From positions 6,500,448-6,564,447 of the forward strand of contig BDGG01000002.1 in the NCBI GenBank assembly GCA_001949185.1: a stretch of DNA of 64,000 bases. The letters run 5' to 3'. A program made the position numbers and the translations under genes. Below, piece by piece: positions 13,770-26,692 of the stretch (positions are counted from its first letter, which is position 1; every line of letters starts with the position of its first letter). Below the pieces are notes generated by a model, which had not been told where the DNA came from, ran no database searches, and worked only from the letters and a program-made list of their open reading frames with translations. The DNA comes from Ramazzottius varieornatus (Eukaryota > Animalia > Tardigrada).

Positions 13770-15337
13770 TTATCCGTATGTTCCACTCAAAAGAAAGTCC
13801 TCCGCGTCAGGGTCAACAACCCTGTACTTCGTCACTTTTGGTCTGCGTTTACAGAACCAGCGACCTATGACGAAAAGTGTGGTTCCCAAGCAGAAACCAA
13901 TCGCCAGTATCAACAGGACGCTGATTATGGAATGGGAAGCATCAGAGAAATCTATCCAACCAGGGAAGTAGATTGAAGTGTCGTTCGATTGTCGTGATGG
14001 TAAGCTCCGTCCAGTACTAGCTTGACTCGATAGCGCGGTGGAGGTCGTGGAAGCTGCATCATCTCGCGGTGACGTCATCGCGGAAGGCGTAGACAGGCTT
14101 GACCGCATAGGTGGCGCAGTCGTCACAAGCGTTGTGGGGAGAGCAGTAGGTCGCTGAGTGGTTTCTGGGCGAAATTTCCTGCACATGAAATCGAGATTAA
14201 AAATTAGCCAACATCTATATACAATACTGCTCTTAAGCTAGCATCGCTCCAGTATTCAGTATGTGCGTGTAAAACATACCAAAAATCCGGGGTAGCAGAA
14301 GACATTGCAGGTAGCCGATTTCGACCACGGTCCCATAGCGTCTGCTGATCTGAGTCATCGTCTAACTGGTGCTGCCTTAGCTCATCCTCTAGTCGGTCAC
14401 TCGTCGAACCTTGGAATTTTTCGTCCCCTTGGTTTTCCGACTGATACTTTTCTGCGGGGAAATAAAACCACATTTTGTTTTCTGGAATTTGCGTTTGCTT
14501 AGAAGCCGAAATTTTATTGTTGCAGCCTTTCAGTGCTCTGACGTACCTTGCTGATATCGTTCACACTCTTCTTCATCTAAAGATAATCGTCATTCTATTC
14601 AATAGAAGAAACTGGTCTACGGGTGCCTCATTAATGGATTTTAAACGTACCTGATCGGTCCGGACATTCGAATACGCCATTGCATCGATCGTAGATTGGG
14701 ATACATTGTCTCGACGTTCTGCACTGAAACTCGTAGCGGCCACAGTGTCCATACGATGAGGGCTCTTGATTCGTCTGATCTGAGCCGGGCAAGGATTTCA
14801 GCAGGTCTGCCATGTTCGATCTTCCTACTGCTGAGATCGGTTTTCTAATCTCCCGACGAGGGATTGACAGAATAGCAACTTCGTAATCGCTATAAGGGAC
14901 GAATTCGCACCGGAAGTCATCAGCATCCCCGCAGGCGAAGAGGTAGCAGTTCTTGCCTCCCTATAAGTAAAGTTCCCGAATTAGGAATTTGATACGTGTG
15001 GTTCGACATCTGCGATATTGTTTCGTACCTGATGTTCATAGGCTGTAACAGTGCAATGTTCCGTATCGCAGCACCGTCTAAGACATTCAGCGGGGGACAA
15101 CCCGGTAGTTGCGTTGATCATTCGTCCGCCAAGTCTCTCGGACTTTGAAACCTGGACAACTCTACCCTTCTTCACATTGTAATATTCCAAACACTGGGAA
15201 GTTCCCGAGTCGCGAAGAGCTGCTCGTTTATACAGGTGAAGACTATGAAAAGCGTTCGAGTATACACCAGCATATGCATCCTTGATCCACACGCAAGCCA
15301 GAAGAATTCTGCAAAACAAAGCACTTGCCATTTCCAT
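13770..15337 (-). CDS. LRP11-like type I membrane protein: signal peptide, MANSC domain, LDLa module, Ser/Thr-rich stalk, TM, short tail
   Basis: Exons ~15030-15337, 14651-14960, 14547-14576, 14279-14451, 13770-14178. MANSC Cys pattern CLRRCCDTEHC...CYLFACG...C; LDLa CGRYEFQCRTSRQCIPIYDRCNGVFECPDRSDEEEC; TM IISVLLILAIGFCLGTTLFVIG; tail DAEDFLLSGTYG*. An in-frame ATG at 15358 is an alternative start. Confidence 0.85.
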
Positions 15338-15977
15338 GTTGATTGTCCGAAAGAACATGCTCGACATAAAACCAGATCGTCCAGGTCAAGCAAATTTAAG
15401 AAAATCTCGTGAACCATACGATCGAATGGGTTTTCATATTTGTGACAGCGTTTCCCAAACGTCAGATAACTCGTCGTGTTGTTATCCAGGGAGTATGGTC
15501 GGCGACAATGTATATTCGCTGAGGTTGTCTGATCGATATTTGCGGAGCTGTGTGAATGAGTGGTTGATAGTCCCGTGCGGAAGTGTATGAGGTCGCTCCA
15601 GCCTGATCACAAGATCTCCACCCGATATTTATCCAGGGGCCCGGTAGAAATCCTGCTCATAATAGGAGCAACGCGTTCATTCGACTGTATCCTAGAGTCT
15701 ATACGGTTTTCATGAATATTCTGCGAATATACATACAGTTATGTCATTTCTGGCATCAGTGTCCTGAAATCATGAACATGTCTTTCTTGTGGCCTTATGT
15801 TTCACAACCGTTATTAGTTTTCCAGAAAACTGTCGTTAAAGTGACCACCAATCTAATTCAGTGGTCAGTTGGATAAAGCAACAGCTAAGATTTAGGTCCA
15901 TCACGCTCCAGCGCCATCTGTAGACAGACTATCGCTACGAGTAAGTGGCTCCATGACGTGACATAACACACTCTTAC

Positions 15978-16211
15978 CGTATATCGCAATTGCCCAAACG
16001 ATCTGGTCCATCTGACGAAATTTTTCGGTGACAAGTGACAACATCCGCCATCCGGTGCTCTTGGGTTATCTCGGATTCTCGTCCCGTTCCGCTCAGGTCA
16101 AACCTCGGTTCTTTCAAACTGTAGGATCCCAGTGAAGATCATTGTTCCGCATCGAGCGGTTGCCGAACTGCTGTTCATCGATCTCGACGAGTACAAGTCC
16201 TCCACGTCAAG
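15978..16211. promoter_or_regulatory. Probable bidirectional promoter between the LRP11-like gene (-) and IleRS (+)
   Basis: Minus-strand 5'UTR donor (CG|GTAAGA) near 15978, about 230 bp from the IleRS ATG at 16212; head-to-head arrangement. Confidence 0.5.
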
Positions 16212-19200
16212 ATGTCCATGCTTGTGCCAGAGAACATCAACTTCGCGAAGGAAGAAGAGAACATCTTGAAGCTCTGGAAAGATCTCGACGCATTCAACAC
16301 GTCGCTGAAGCAGTCTAAGGATAAGCCTCGGTAAGTTGCCAATATCAAGTACGAGGAAAAGGGTGTCGGTCGGACGGATCAACAGACGTTGTAAGCCAAA
16401 GGAGACCGGCTTAACTAAAGAAGTGAAATATAGCGCAGTAATTAAGTTAACAGAAAATACTACCGGAAGTGCGATGCATGTGGCGCTGATCTTTTCTGTT
16501 TTCATCATAGGTACACCTTCTACGATGGACCACCGTTCGCCACTGGCCTTCCTCATTATGGCCACATTCTTGCTGGCACAATCAAGGATACCGTGACGCG
16601 CTTTGCTCATCAGTCTGGCTTCCACGTGGATCGACGTTTCGGCTGGGACTGTCACGGTCTTCCCGTAGAGTATGAAATTGACAAAGCATTAGGTATCAAA
16701 GGCCCGGCGGACGTTGCAGCAATGGGCATCGAAGCTTATAATAACGAATGTCGAAAGATTGTTATGCGGTATTCTGGGGACTGGCAGGTAATGTAACTAC
16801 ACTGTCCTCGTTTCTATCCAGAAACTCGTAATATTACCAGTCCTGCAGAGCATTGTCACACGGCTTGGTCGATGGATCGACTTTGAGAACGACTACAAGA
16901 CATTGTACCCTTGGTTCATGGAGTCGGTATGGTGGGTCTTCCAACAGCTGTACCAGAAGGGACTTGTGTACAAGGGTTTCAAAGTGATGAGCTTTTCTAC
17001 CGGACTGAACACTACGCTGTCCAACTTCGAAGCGGGATTGAACTACAAAGATGTGAAGGATCCAGCCGGTAAGCATTGAAAGCATACTTCCTGGTGGTTT
17101 GTCTTGCGACAGTCCTTAATGTCCTTGGTTTTGCAGTGACTATCTCCTTTCCATTGGAGAAGGAACCTAACGTCTCCTTAGTGGCATGGACCACCACTCC
17201 TTTTACTCTTCCCAGCAACCTCGCACTTTGTGTCAACCCTGAAAAGACCTACGTAAAAGTTCAAGGTAATCCAATCTTACCTGTACTGCAAGGATAATTA
17301 TAGCATTCCTCGTAACGAAAGAATCTTCATACCGGTACGGTATGGGTGTTCCTGTTCACGAAGACATCACCTCAGAATGTCGCTTTGTTTCAAACAGAGA
17401 ACTCCACAAAGAAGACTTATATTCTGATGGAAGCGCGGTTGGAGGCCTTGTTCAAGAAGCCTGCTGATTACGAAATCCTGGAAAAGTTCCTCGGTGAAAC
17501 GCTGAAAGGACTCCGCTACATCCCGTTATTCAACTACTTCACCAAGCGCGAAGACGGACTGCAGTCGTTTACCATCTGTACCGACAAGTACGTCACAGAG
17601 GAAGCCGGTACCGGCGTCGTCCACCAAGCTCCATACTTTGGCGAAGACGATTACCGTGTCTGTCTCGCTCACGACGTCATCGCGAAGGACTCGGCCATCG
17701 TCTGTCCTGTCGACTCTTCCGGTCGCTTCACCCAAGATGTCTCAGACTTTGCCGGTCAGTACATCAAAGATGCTGACAAAGCCATCATCAAGCATCTAAA
17801 AGAACAAGGCAGAATGGTGAACGTATCTCAGATCAACCATAGTTATCCGTACTGTTACCGTTCCGACACGCCGTTGATATACAAGGCCGTGCCGAGTTGG
17901 TTTGTACGAGTAGAGTCTATTGCACAGCAGCTCATTGATAACAACCAGACAACGTACTGGGTACCTGACTTTGTCCGGGACAAACGGTTCGGCAACTGGT
18001 TGAGAGATGCACGAGACTGGCCCATATCGAGAAGTCGGTATTGGGGTACGCCGATACCCTTATGGATAAGTGACGATGGGGAAGAGATGGTATGTGTGGG
18101 CTCCATTGAAGAACTGGCGAAGCTGAGTGGTGTGAAGGTGGAGGATTTGCATCGAGAGACGGTGGACAAGCTGACTATTCCATCATCACGACCGGGAGGA
18201 GCTCCGCTAAAGCGCATCCCGGAAGTGTTTGACTGTTGGTTTGAAAGTGGCAGTATGCCGTATGCGCAGGTGCATTATCCCTTCGAGAACCAAGAAACCT
18301 TTGAACGAAACTTCCCGGCTGATTTCATCGCCGAAGGGATCGACCAGACTCGCGGATGGTAGGGCAAATTGACATTTCTACCTGCTTGGACGATTACTTA
18401 TTGTTAATTTTCGTCTAGGTTTTACACGCTTTTGGTGCTGTCCACCGCCTTGTTCAACAAGCCACCTTCCAAGAACTATATCGTGAACGGACTTGTTCTG
18501 GCAAAGTAAGTTGACATTCCGTATGATCTTTGTGTGTTGCGACTCTTTTGCTTCATACGTGTTGTTTCAGCGACGGGCAGAAGATGAGCAAAAGCAAGAA
18601 GAATTTTCCCGATCCTCTCGAAGTGGTCAACAAATATGGAGCGGATGCTCTGAGGTGTGTCTTTACGGTTTAAACTTCTCGATGAACGTCTGACGGATAG
18701 TCTCTGCAACATCACTCTGCTAGCTGATCATCTTGGGGATAATGCGCTGGAGTTGATCGGCTTTTGCATTTATAGGCTGTACCTCATCAACTCGCCGGTG
18801 GTGCGGGCTGAGAACTTACGGTTCAAGGAGGAAGGAGTTCGTGACATTTTGAAGGACGTCTTCCTTCCCTGGTACAATGCCTATCGGTTCTTTTGCCAGC
18901 AGAAAAACCTCTTTGAAAAGGTAGGGCAATATAACTCTCCGATATACAGCACACTTGTTGATCTCATGTAGATCTGTGTGCGGTTTTGCTTATTGCGTTC
19001 ACTGCATAGGAGAATGGGGAGAAGTTTACTTTCTCCGAGCAGAAGCAGCTTATGCCAGAAAACATCATGGACAAGTGGATTTTGTCCTTCACTCAAACCC
19101 TCCTGCAGTTCGTACGAGACGAAATGAAAGGCAAGTCCACTTTCGCGCTACTGTAGTAGAAGACTACTCGATGAAAAGAACACTGATTCCATTGCTGTGT

Positions 19201-20756
19201 TACGATTAGCACTCTTTGTTCTGTTCAGCTTATCGCCTTTACACCGTTGTCCCACGTCTGATAAAGTTTGTCGATCTTCTGACCAATTGGTACGTTCGAT
19301 CGAACCGAAAACGACTCCGTGGAGATGGTGGACGAGTCGACTGTCGGAATGCGCTGGAAACACTGTTCTCCGTCATATTTTCGATGATTCGAATGCTGGT
19401 AAGGGGAAGTTCTGAACATGGTTTGAGAGCGATGGAGGTCCAATGTTAGCCGTATGTTAAAACCTTTTCCTGATAGGCACCCTTCGTACCGTTCTTGACT
19501 GAGCTCATGTACCAGAATCTGAAAAACGTCGTCGAAAAAGACTCAAACGACAGCCAAGACAGAGGAAGTGTTCACTACTTGATGTTCCCCGAACCGAGGT
19601 ATGCAGTGTGGTTGATACAGGCTACGGTTCAAGCCCACAGCTAACCAAATCAGACATTTGAAGTCTCCTCAATGACCTCAGGTCTGCTGTTTCGTAGGAC
19701 CGATCTGATGGATCTTAACATTGAGCGCGCCGTCTCCAGAATGCAGACCGTTGTGGATTTGGGTCGCCAGGCTCGCGAAAGACGGACTCTACCCATCAAG
19801 GTATGCTACATAACATTACTAACGGTGCTATGAATGCAGTTTCGATTGTTTGAATTCGGTGTGTAATTTCAGTCGCCTCTGATGGAGATTGTGGTTATAC
19901 ATCGAGACCAGGCTTTCCTAGATGATATCATGGCAATGGAGTCCTACATCGTGGAAGAACTGAATGTGCGGACTCTGACCACCACGCTGGATAAGGAACG
20001 ATATGGAGTCAGCGTAAGAGCCGAACCTGACCACAAAGTGCTTGGAGCCAAGTTGAAGAACAGCTACAAGGCGGTCATGGACGCAGTAAAGGTAAGACAG
20101 AGCTGTTGTATACTCCGACTCTATTGCAGTCGCATGACTCGAACTGGTCGCAGAAACTGACTAGCGCACAACTGCAAGGATACCAAGACAGAGGTTTCCT
20201 CGATGTCTGCGACACTCGGTTAGAAGGAACCGATCTTAAATTGATCTACACATTCGACAACAAGTCTTCTGGTGACACGGCACAGACCGATTATGAACCC
20301 TCTTCCGACAATGAGGTAAGTGGGGATCCAAATATGGTCTGATATTGTAGAATGGTGATATGCGACGAAACGAGCTCTATTTTTTGACAGGTTTTGATCC
20401 TGTTGAACACGACACAAAATAAAGAGCTCCTGGATGAAGGGCTGGCTCGCGAAATCATCAACGTGGTTCAAAAGTTGCGCAAGAAGGCAGGCTTGGTTCC
20501 TACTGACGACATCAGAGTTTACTATGACGTTGCAGTCAAAGACTCAGAGTTGAGTGAGGTCGTCCGGAAGTACGCCGGATATGTGGAGAACTCTATAAAG
20601 AAACCTTTTCTGCCATATCCATTACCCGCTGAACTATCGGTTCTCGCGGGGGAAAGTCAAAGTTTGAAAGGCGCATCGGAGTGCGTGTTGCATATCTCCA
20701 TAGTAGAAGGCCCGACGTACGTCAGTCGGTTTAAGTCGCTGTTGTTGACCGAGTAA
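16212..20756 (+). CDS. IARS1: Cytosolic isoleucyl-tRNA synthetase (~1090 aa, 15 exons)
   Basis: [16 protein letters not shown] (HIGH), [19 protein letters not shown] and GTGVVHQAP (CP1 editing), [29 protein letters not shown] at ~18581. Exons 16212-16330, 16511-16787, 16849-17068, 17137-17265, 17398-18358, 18419-18505, 18571-18654, 18775-18920, 19010-19130, 19229-19398, 19477-19598, 19699-19800, ~19873-20091, 20154-20315, 20391-20756. Confidence 0.98.
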
Positions 20757-21600
20757 ACAAATGTTTTTCTATGACGTCTGGTCCTTCCTTGTCCTGTTTC
20801 ACAACTTTGACTTGTCAAGCCTGGCTGTTCTTTTATAACGCTGTTGTTTCTTATCATTTTGTACCAGTTCTGAAGCAAGACTTACCGATATCCGAGGGGC
20901 ACCTGTACTCTTGATTTCTTCTACGAGTACTAGAGTGTCTGATTGTGTCGCCTTCAGATCACTTTGTGCCTGCCACCGGAAGTGAGCTCGTAGAACCCAA
21001 CCAGTTCAAGTCCCGAGACCGAAAGCACAGAACATGCCGCAGTCCGTTGGCCAGCGACCTCCGTGTAACTTGACGGATACCAGAGATTTCGACATACCGC
21101 TAGGATTATTATAGGTTGGAAACTGACAGCTCGCAATGCAGCCGACGCCATTCATCCGGTTACGAATTCTGTTATGCCCACTTTGGCTCCATGACTTCCA
21201 GACACAACACAAGCTCAGACTCCCCTAACAGAACAATGGCGCCATGGCCGCCTAGCGGACGGCGGTCGCTGGTTTCAAGGGTGCCTCAATCAGAAATCGA
21301 CGGATGGCATCGCTAGCAGTGCGAAGCGGGTAAATATCACGCCAGGTCCAGATGAGCCATACGACCGGCCACCGATCTCGCCGTTGTCCAGTATTTATGG
21401 CAAGTCATTCGGGCAAGCAGCCGTGTGCTGCTTTTGCCTATGTGGAAATTTTCGAAGTTCACGATTTTAGTTTCATCTTTTGGCGTCCTCACTCCTGGTT
21501 TTTGCTCTGTCGTAACCCCCCTCTTTCATTTTCCTTACCCGATTTAGATCGGCGCGATATTCTAGCATTTTGGAGGTCCAGCTACAACGCCGGAAGAAGA

Positions 21601-23424
21601 ATGGTCCAGCTGAGTTCCTCTTTGTTGTCGGTGGTGTCACTGGTGGCGTTTCTGGTAGCTGTGAGCCACGGTAAGCCATCACCCAGCTATCGATAGTTCC
21701 TAACCAGATACCTTATGGAGATGTCGTAGCCCCTCTTCCTTGTTTGTGTTTTTGTTTGCAGGTGCCGTCAAGATAACGGTAATAAATAATCCCGTCGGCG
21801 GAGAGACGTACTTCCGACCTGGTGGCAACATCACGCTCATCTGCACGACTGACCAAGCAGGAAACCTGACATGGAAAGTTTATGATGAAAATCCCGAACT
21901 TACCACCAGGAATGTGACCAGTAATGACACCATCGGTCTCAGACTGAGAGACAGCAAAGGCCAGAGCGAGATTGTCTTCAGCAGCCTTTCCGGCGATGTG
22001 GGAGGAAATTACACCTGCACGCACGCCGACGGCACCAGCCAAGCTTCGTACTACATGAGCGTTCTGGACAGTAAGTTCTTCATTCCGATCAGCTGGGTCC
22101 TGAGCAGAATCGATTGCAAAATGCCATCTGTACAGATTTCTGACTGTTCCCCTAAAAGCGTGTAGAAGAAATCCTACCGAGCGTGCTTTTGTCGGTGTGT
22201 TAGTATTTCGAGGTGCACGATCACTTACGACTTTCCTTCACGTCTGTTGTTTGCTTTCCCCAGGTAAGGCCTTGGTCCCCGATCAGAAGGTCGATGATGG
22301 CACAAGTTGGAAGGTAGTACTGAGTTGCCGTCAGCGTCTTCAGCCCAAGTTGCCGTTAATTTGGCTACGCAACGTTTCTGGCGAAGAAAAGACTCTGAAT
22401 TACTGGCCAGTCGAAGACAAGAACTACTCCGTGTCGACTGACGAATCATCCGGCTACGCTTTGACCATCCAGAACGCTCGTCGCTATCCCTCCAAGACTG
22501 GTGCTTTCACATGCCGAATTAACACCACGGGACTTGCAGGGTTTGAAAAGCAGACGAATCTGCAGGCGGAAGCTACTTACCAAAGTATAATTATATTGTC
22601 ATCTTAGGTATAACTGATGATGGAGGGGGATGCTAAGACGTTCTTCGATTTGCAGCAACACCCACCGTGAGGCTCGGTACTGAGTTCCCGCCATCGAGTG
22701 CCAAATCGAAGGGTGTGACCGAAGGCCAGCCACTGTCTTTGACCTGTGTGGTGTCCGGGGCGGATGAGAACCCCATTCTGTGGAGCCGAGTGAGTGAGAA
22801 GGGCAAAGAGGTTCTTGTTGAGAATCGTACAACGGTCCTGGCTGAGAACGGCACGGTGGTCCTGTTTCTGGACGGCACCACTGTTCTTCTTGAGAACGGC
22901 ACGAAGGTCATTTATGAGAACGACACTAACAGTCGATGGTACATCACCCGTGACGAAGCATATGAGGACGAGAATGAATCACGTGAGCAACAGGAACGAA
23001 CATCGATTCTGACATTCAATAGTGTGGCCGACGAGGATAGAGGGTTCTACGACTGTAAAGCCAGCAATCAGCACGGAGCGAATAACCGGACGATCGAGGT
23101 GAAAGTCAAAGGTACGAGTTTGCAGACATGCGTGATGCAGTCCCGAGTTTCGAGTACGATCTTTGAGAGTAGTTTACGTATTTTGCATAAATTGACATTA
23201 ATTCAGTGGGTTTTTTTAAGCTGTACTGCATTCTTGTTGCAGACAAGCTGGCTGCTCTGTGGCCGTTTCTGGGAATTCTTGGTCTAGTCGTCATTCTCTC
23301 CGCCATCACCTGGTTCCACGAACGAAGACGAAAGCCGAGGGTAAACGAGGAAGAAGACGAGCCCATGAAGGGCGGGGACGTGGTTCCAAAAACCCATGTA
23401 GTAACCGTCAAAAGCCCCAAATGA
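21601..23424 (+). CDS. Bsg: Basigin/neuroplastin-like Ig-superfamily membrane protein (signal peptide, 3 Ig domains, TM, short tail)
   Basis: Exons 21601-21670, 21762-22071, 22264-22583, 22656-23111, 23243-23424. Three Ig Cys pairs (ITLIC..DVGGNYTC; VVLSC..GAFTC; LSLTC..DRGFYDCKASNQHG). Family-diagnostic KVKDKLAALWPFLGI...HERRRKP. Confidence 0.88.
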
Positions 23425-23889
23425 CACCCTTCCTTCGTCTCACTTCTATAATTGGTAAGCATTACTATATCGAGAATGGAAGTCTGTAGACGGACCATGT
23501 TCGGATGGCTATTTCCATGTAACGATCGACATCAACCCTTTTTTCTCCGTTTTGCAGGCGTGTTGAGTATCGTTCAGCGTTTTCCTCATACCGATCTTGA
23601 GATGTCATGTGTCAGCGGATTCATTCGGTTGGAAGTGCGAGCAAGGCCTCGATTCGATGGGGTGGCTGAGTTGGGCTTTCGTTAACCTTTTATTCCTCAC
23701 TTTATACGCATCGTACTTTAACAGCAAATCACGTGCTCTCTTTTACCCATTCATACTTCCGTCTTGTTTTTTCTCGGACTTTGGCGTCTGCAACTTGTGT
23801 TCTGTGAAGAACTCTAGCGTCGATATGGCATGTAGGATCCGTAGTTCTGACCACGCGCAACGAAGCATTCTAGGACTATGGTTAACGCG

Positions 23890-25300
23890 TTCCCGAGGGT
23901 CGCCAGATATGCGGAAAACCCGCTTTGCTTGCATCCATTACTCGCGGATCTGTCGGTCCGGGCGGGAGAGAGTCAAAGTTTCAAAGGTGTGTCGGAGAGC
24001 GTGTTGCAGCTCTCCATCATGATGGTCCGACGTATGTCAATCGATTATAGTCACTCTTGTTGACGGAGTAAGCAAATGTTTTCCTATGACGTCAAGTTCC
24101 ATTCTTGTTCTGTATTGTAGATCTGACTTTACTACGACTCACCTTACCAAGGTTTCTCGTTAGTTGTAAATTTGTATGAGTTTCTGGCTCGCAAACCAGT
24201 TCAAGACTCACGTCAGTTTCTTGCGACTCACTACAACTGAACTTATGAGAATTCGGTTCTACACCGCACACTGCAAGTTGGTGAGTTTTTGGACGTGGTC
24301 CTGGCAGTGGTGACGCATCGATAGCGCTGCGTGGCGCGTGCACCGGACGAACCGTTACCCAGGCTTCGTGATTATGGTGGCGGTAATGGTGGTACTTGGT
24401 TCTTATTTGGTGCCGATGGACGCGCGGTGGCAGTGGAGGCACCTACTGTTACTGGTGGTGAGACCGTGAAAGGGTGGATCATTCAGCAGATCAGCCATAA
24501 AATCTCATTTTCTGATTTTCCATCCACCTTTCTCTGCTCTCCTTCTTCTCCTTAGTCTGTGCTTTTCTCAAGACCAGTGGACGAACCAGGAGGACTTCGG
24601 GAGAACTGGAGCAAGCTGTTATCTGCGTCTCATGGTAGCGGAGCCAACTTCATGCCATGGAAGCCCGTTATGATTTGACTGCCAGCAAACGGAGCTTCTC
24701 CTGAATTACAGGATGGCCTACAGCTGATTCTGGAGCAGAGAACACTGGACTACCATTCATCTAGAACGCTTGGATCAACTCGACGCTAGGTAAGGTCGTC
24801 TGTCAGCGTAGTATTTGAATGCAGAAACTGGAATCTGTCTCCTCTTCTACGGCGGCGGCTCGTTTACAATGGCGATAGCGGATGGCCTGTAGGTTTATGT
24901 GTCGGACTATCAGCCGCTTATCGGGAATGTGGACATGTAAATTGCTTCTTGAGCACCGTAGGTTTATGGATATCAAGCTTAGACTCTTCAAACCTGACGC
25001 TGCGATGCTTGTAACGCGGCAAGGCAAGCGATGAGCACGAGAGAAGGAGATGAAGTCCGGCGTATTTGACAGAGTCTCGTCCTCTACTCCTCGAGAAACG
25101 ATTTGCGCATCGGCTTCTCACTCAGTTCTGGATGCTTTCTTTCTGCAGAACTGTTTTCGAGCGCTCCCAAGCTGGCGTAAAACTTTGCTTGCGGATCGGA
25201 CGATGTCGGGTGATTTGTTGACTATCTGACGTTTGGACTGTATTCTATCCTTGCAGGTTTCGCTTGATTTCTTGAGTTGTCGTCCTTAACTCGTGTTCGG
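23890..25300 (+). pseudogene. Decayed tandem duplicate of the IleRS last exon/3'UTR and the basigin-like gene
   Basis: 23900-24115 aligns with 20574-20800 (LSVRAGESQSFKGVSESVLQLSI vs [23 protein letters not shown], plus shared UTR caaatgttttcctatgacgtc). Weaker colinear basigin remnants at ~24395-24465 (GGET), 24555-24770 (stop ATTTGA in place of ATTTGG), ~24945 and ~25270. Confidence 0.75.
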
Positions 25301-26613
25301 ACTTTGGAGAAATGCTGCTGCATACGCGTACTCGTAGACGTAGTCTTCATCCTAACTTCAAGGGATATTCAGGGCCTCAAGTTCACGCATGATGTTCGGC
25401 GTCTTGGACCGAGATTCAAAGGACTTTCCAGAAAGGCCTTACTCGTTGCCGAGATCCCTAAGTTACGGGAGGCAGTCGCTTTGGTGGGTCTCGCTTGAGT
25501 TTGGTCGGAAATAGCTTCATTTAATCATGCATATCGATCACCTTATCTCAGTATATTCCAACCGGCGAAGTTTTGAAGTTGCAACCTTTTGACAGGAGCG
25601 TTCGATGACGGAGGTTAACAGGTTCCCCTATGAGATCATTTCATGAATGAAAAGGCAGATTAGATAACTTAACCTGGCTAGAAAAGGTCCTCTGTGGCGC
25701 GTGATATCGCAAATGACTCGAGCTTACGTACGAACCTTCAGAGTACATGCCTCACGAACTGCTCCTTTCGATGTCCCACTTAACTTGTTGATGAATGATC
25801 GAAGCCCGGACGTCTTTGTTACCTAAAAATTCCACGCCGCAGTCCGCAGAAAGAGAGAAACCTGTATCCCGGTAAGTGAACGAAGCAGCGCTCAGCGCTG
25901 TGATTCCTTTATTTTCTTTATCACTGTTATGACGGTAATCTTGTATCTTATCTGTTTTCAGTTGTAGACGCCAGACTTCCACGGGCTGTGTGGAATCTAC
26001 TTCTGTAGCACACGTATACTATAAAGTTAGATAAGCAGTGAGTTTCCAGTAGATATCTAGCAAGATATCTAACCGAGCTTTCGACGCGGTATTCTACATT
26101 TTGTGAACTTTATAGGACAAGTCAAGCGTGGATTCGTTTACGCCGAAGGGACCATATGTTTAGTGTTGATTAATGCACCTTTAGAAGACTGATGAAAGGC
26201 CGGGACATGAAAGCCAGGCTAAAAAGAGGGGAGTGCAGGTTCAGCTTTGTTGCAGGAGAATACTTTGTTCCCTCCAAAGTAAGCGTCAACTTGACTGCCG
26301 AGGTTTCTGGTCGATACCCTCCAGAGATGGAAGAAAATCTGTGTAGAAACCTCGACAGCCGAAAGGACTCAAAGGAGGAAGTTAAGGGGCCGTGAAATAG
26401 TTGCTCGTGTGGGGAACTGGGGCTGGACAATCAATATGGTGAGCGAGCTTGTCTGAGTCCGACAGAAAGTGTAGTGTACCGGTTTAACCGGGCTCCTCAA
26501 CAGCTCTTGCTGTTGGAAGCCCGAACCGCCTTGTCAATCAGGCTTGGGAAGGAGGATGCTGTTCGGATTGAATGATGAAGAAATACAGTGAATAATGATA
26601 TCGGTGAAGGTCC

Positions 26614-26692
26614 TGGGTGCTTTTGCGCTGACTGTGTAGTATCTCTACGAGTACCCCTCTAGTGGGAACTACAGTCAGCGAAAATAACCTGA
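26614..26692. other. Long imperfect hairpin (~78 nt, pre-miRNA-sized)
   Basis: TTTTgCGCTGACTGTgtAGTatctctacgag pairs with ctctagtgggaACTACAGTCAGCGAAAA. Confidence 0.45.

Noticed and set aside
16098-16655. 185 aa minus-strand ORF over the IleRS 5' end
   Set aside because: Antisense to two IleRS exons; no recognisable protein features.
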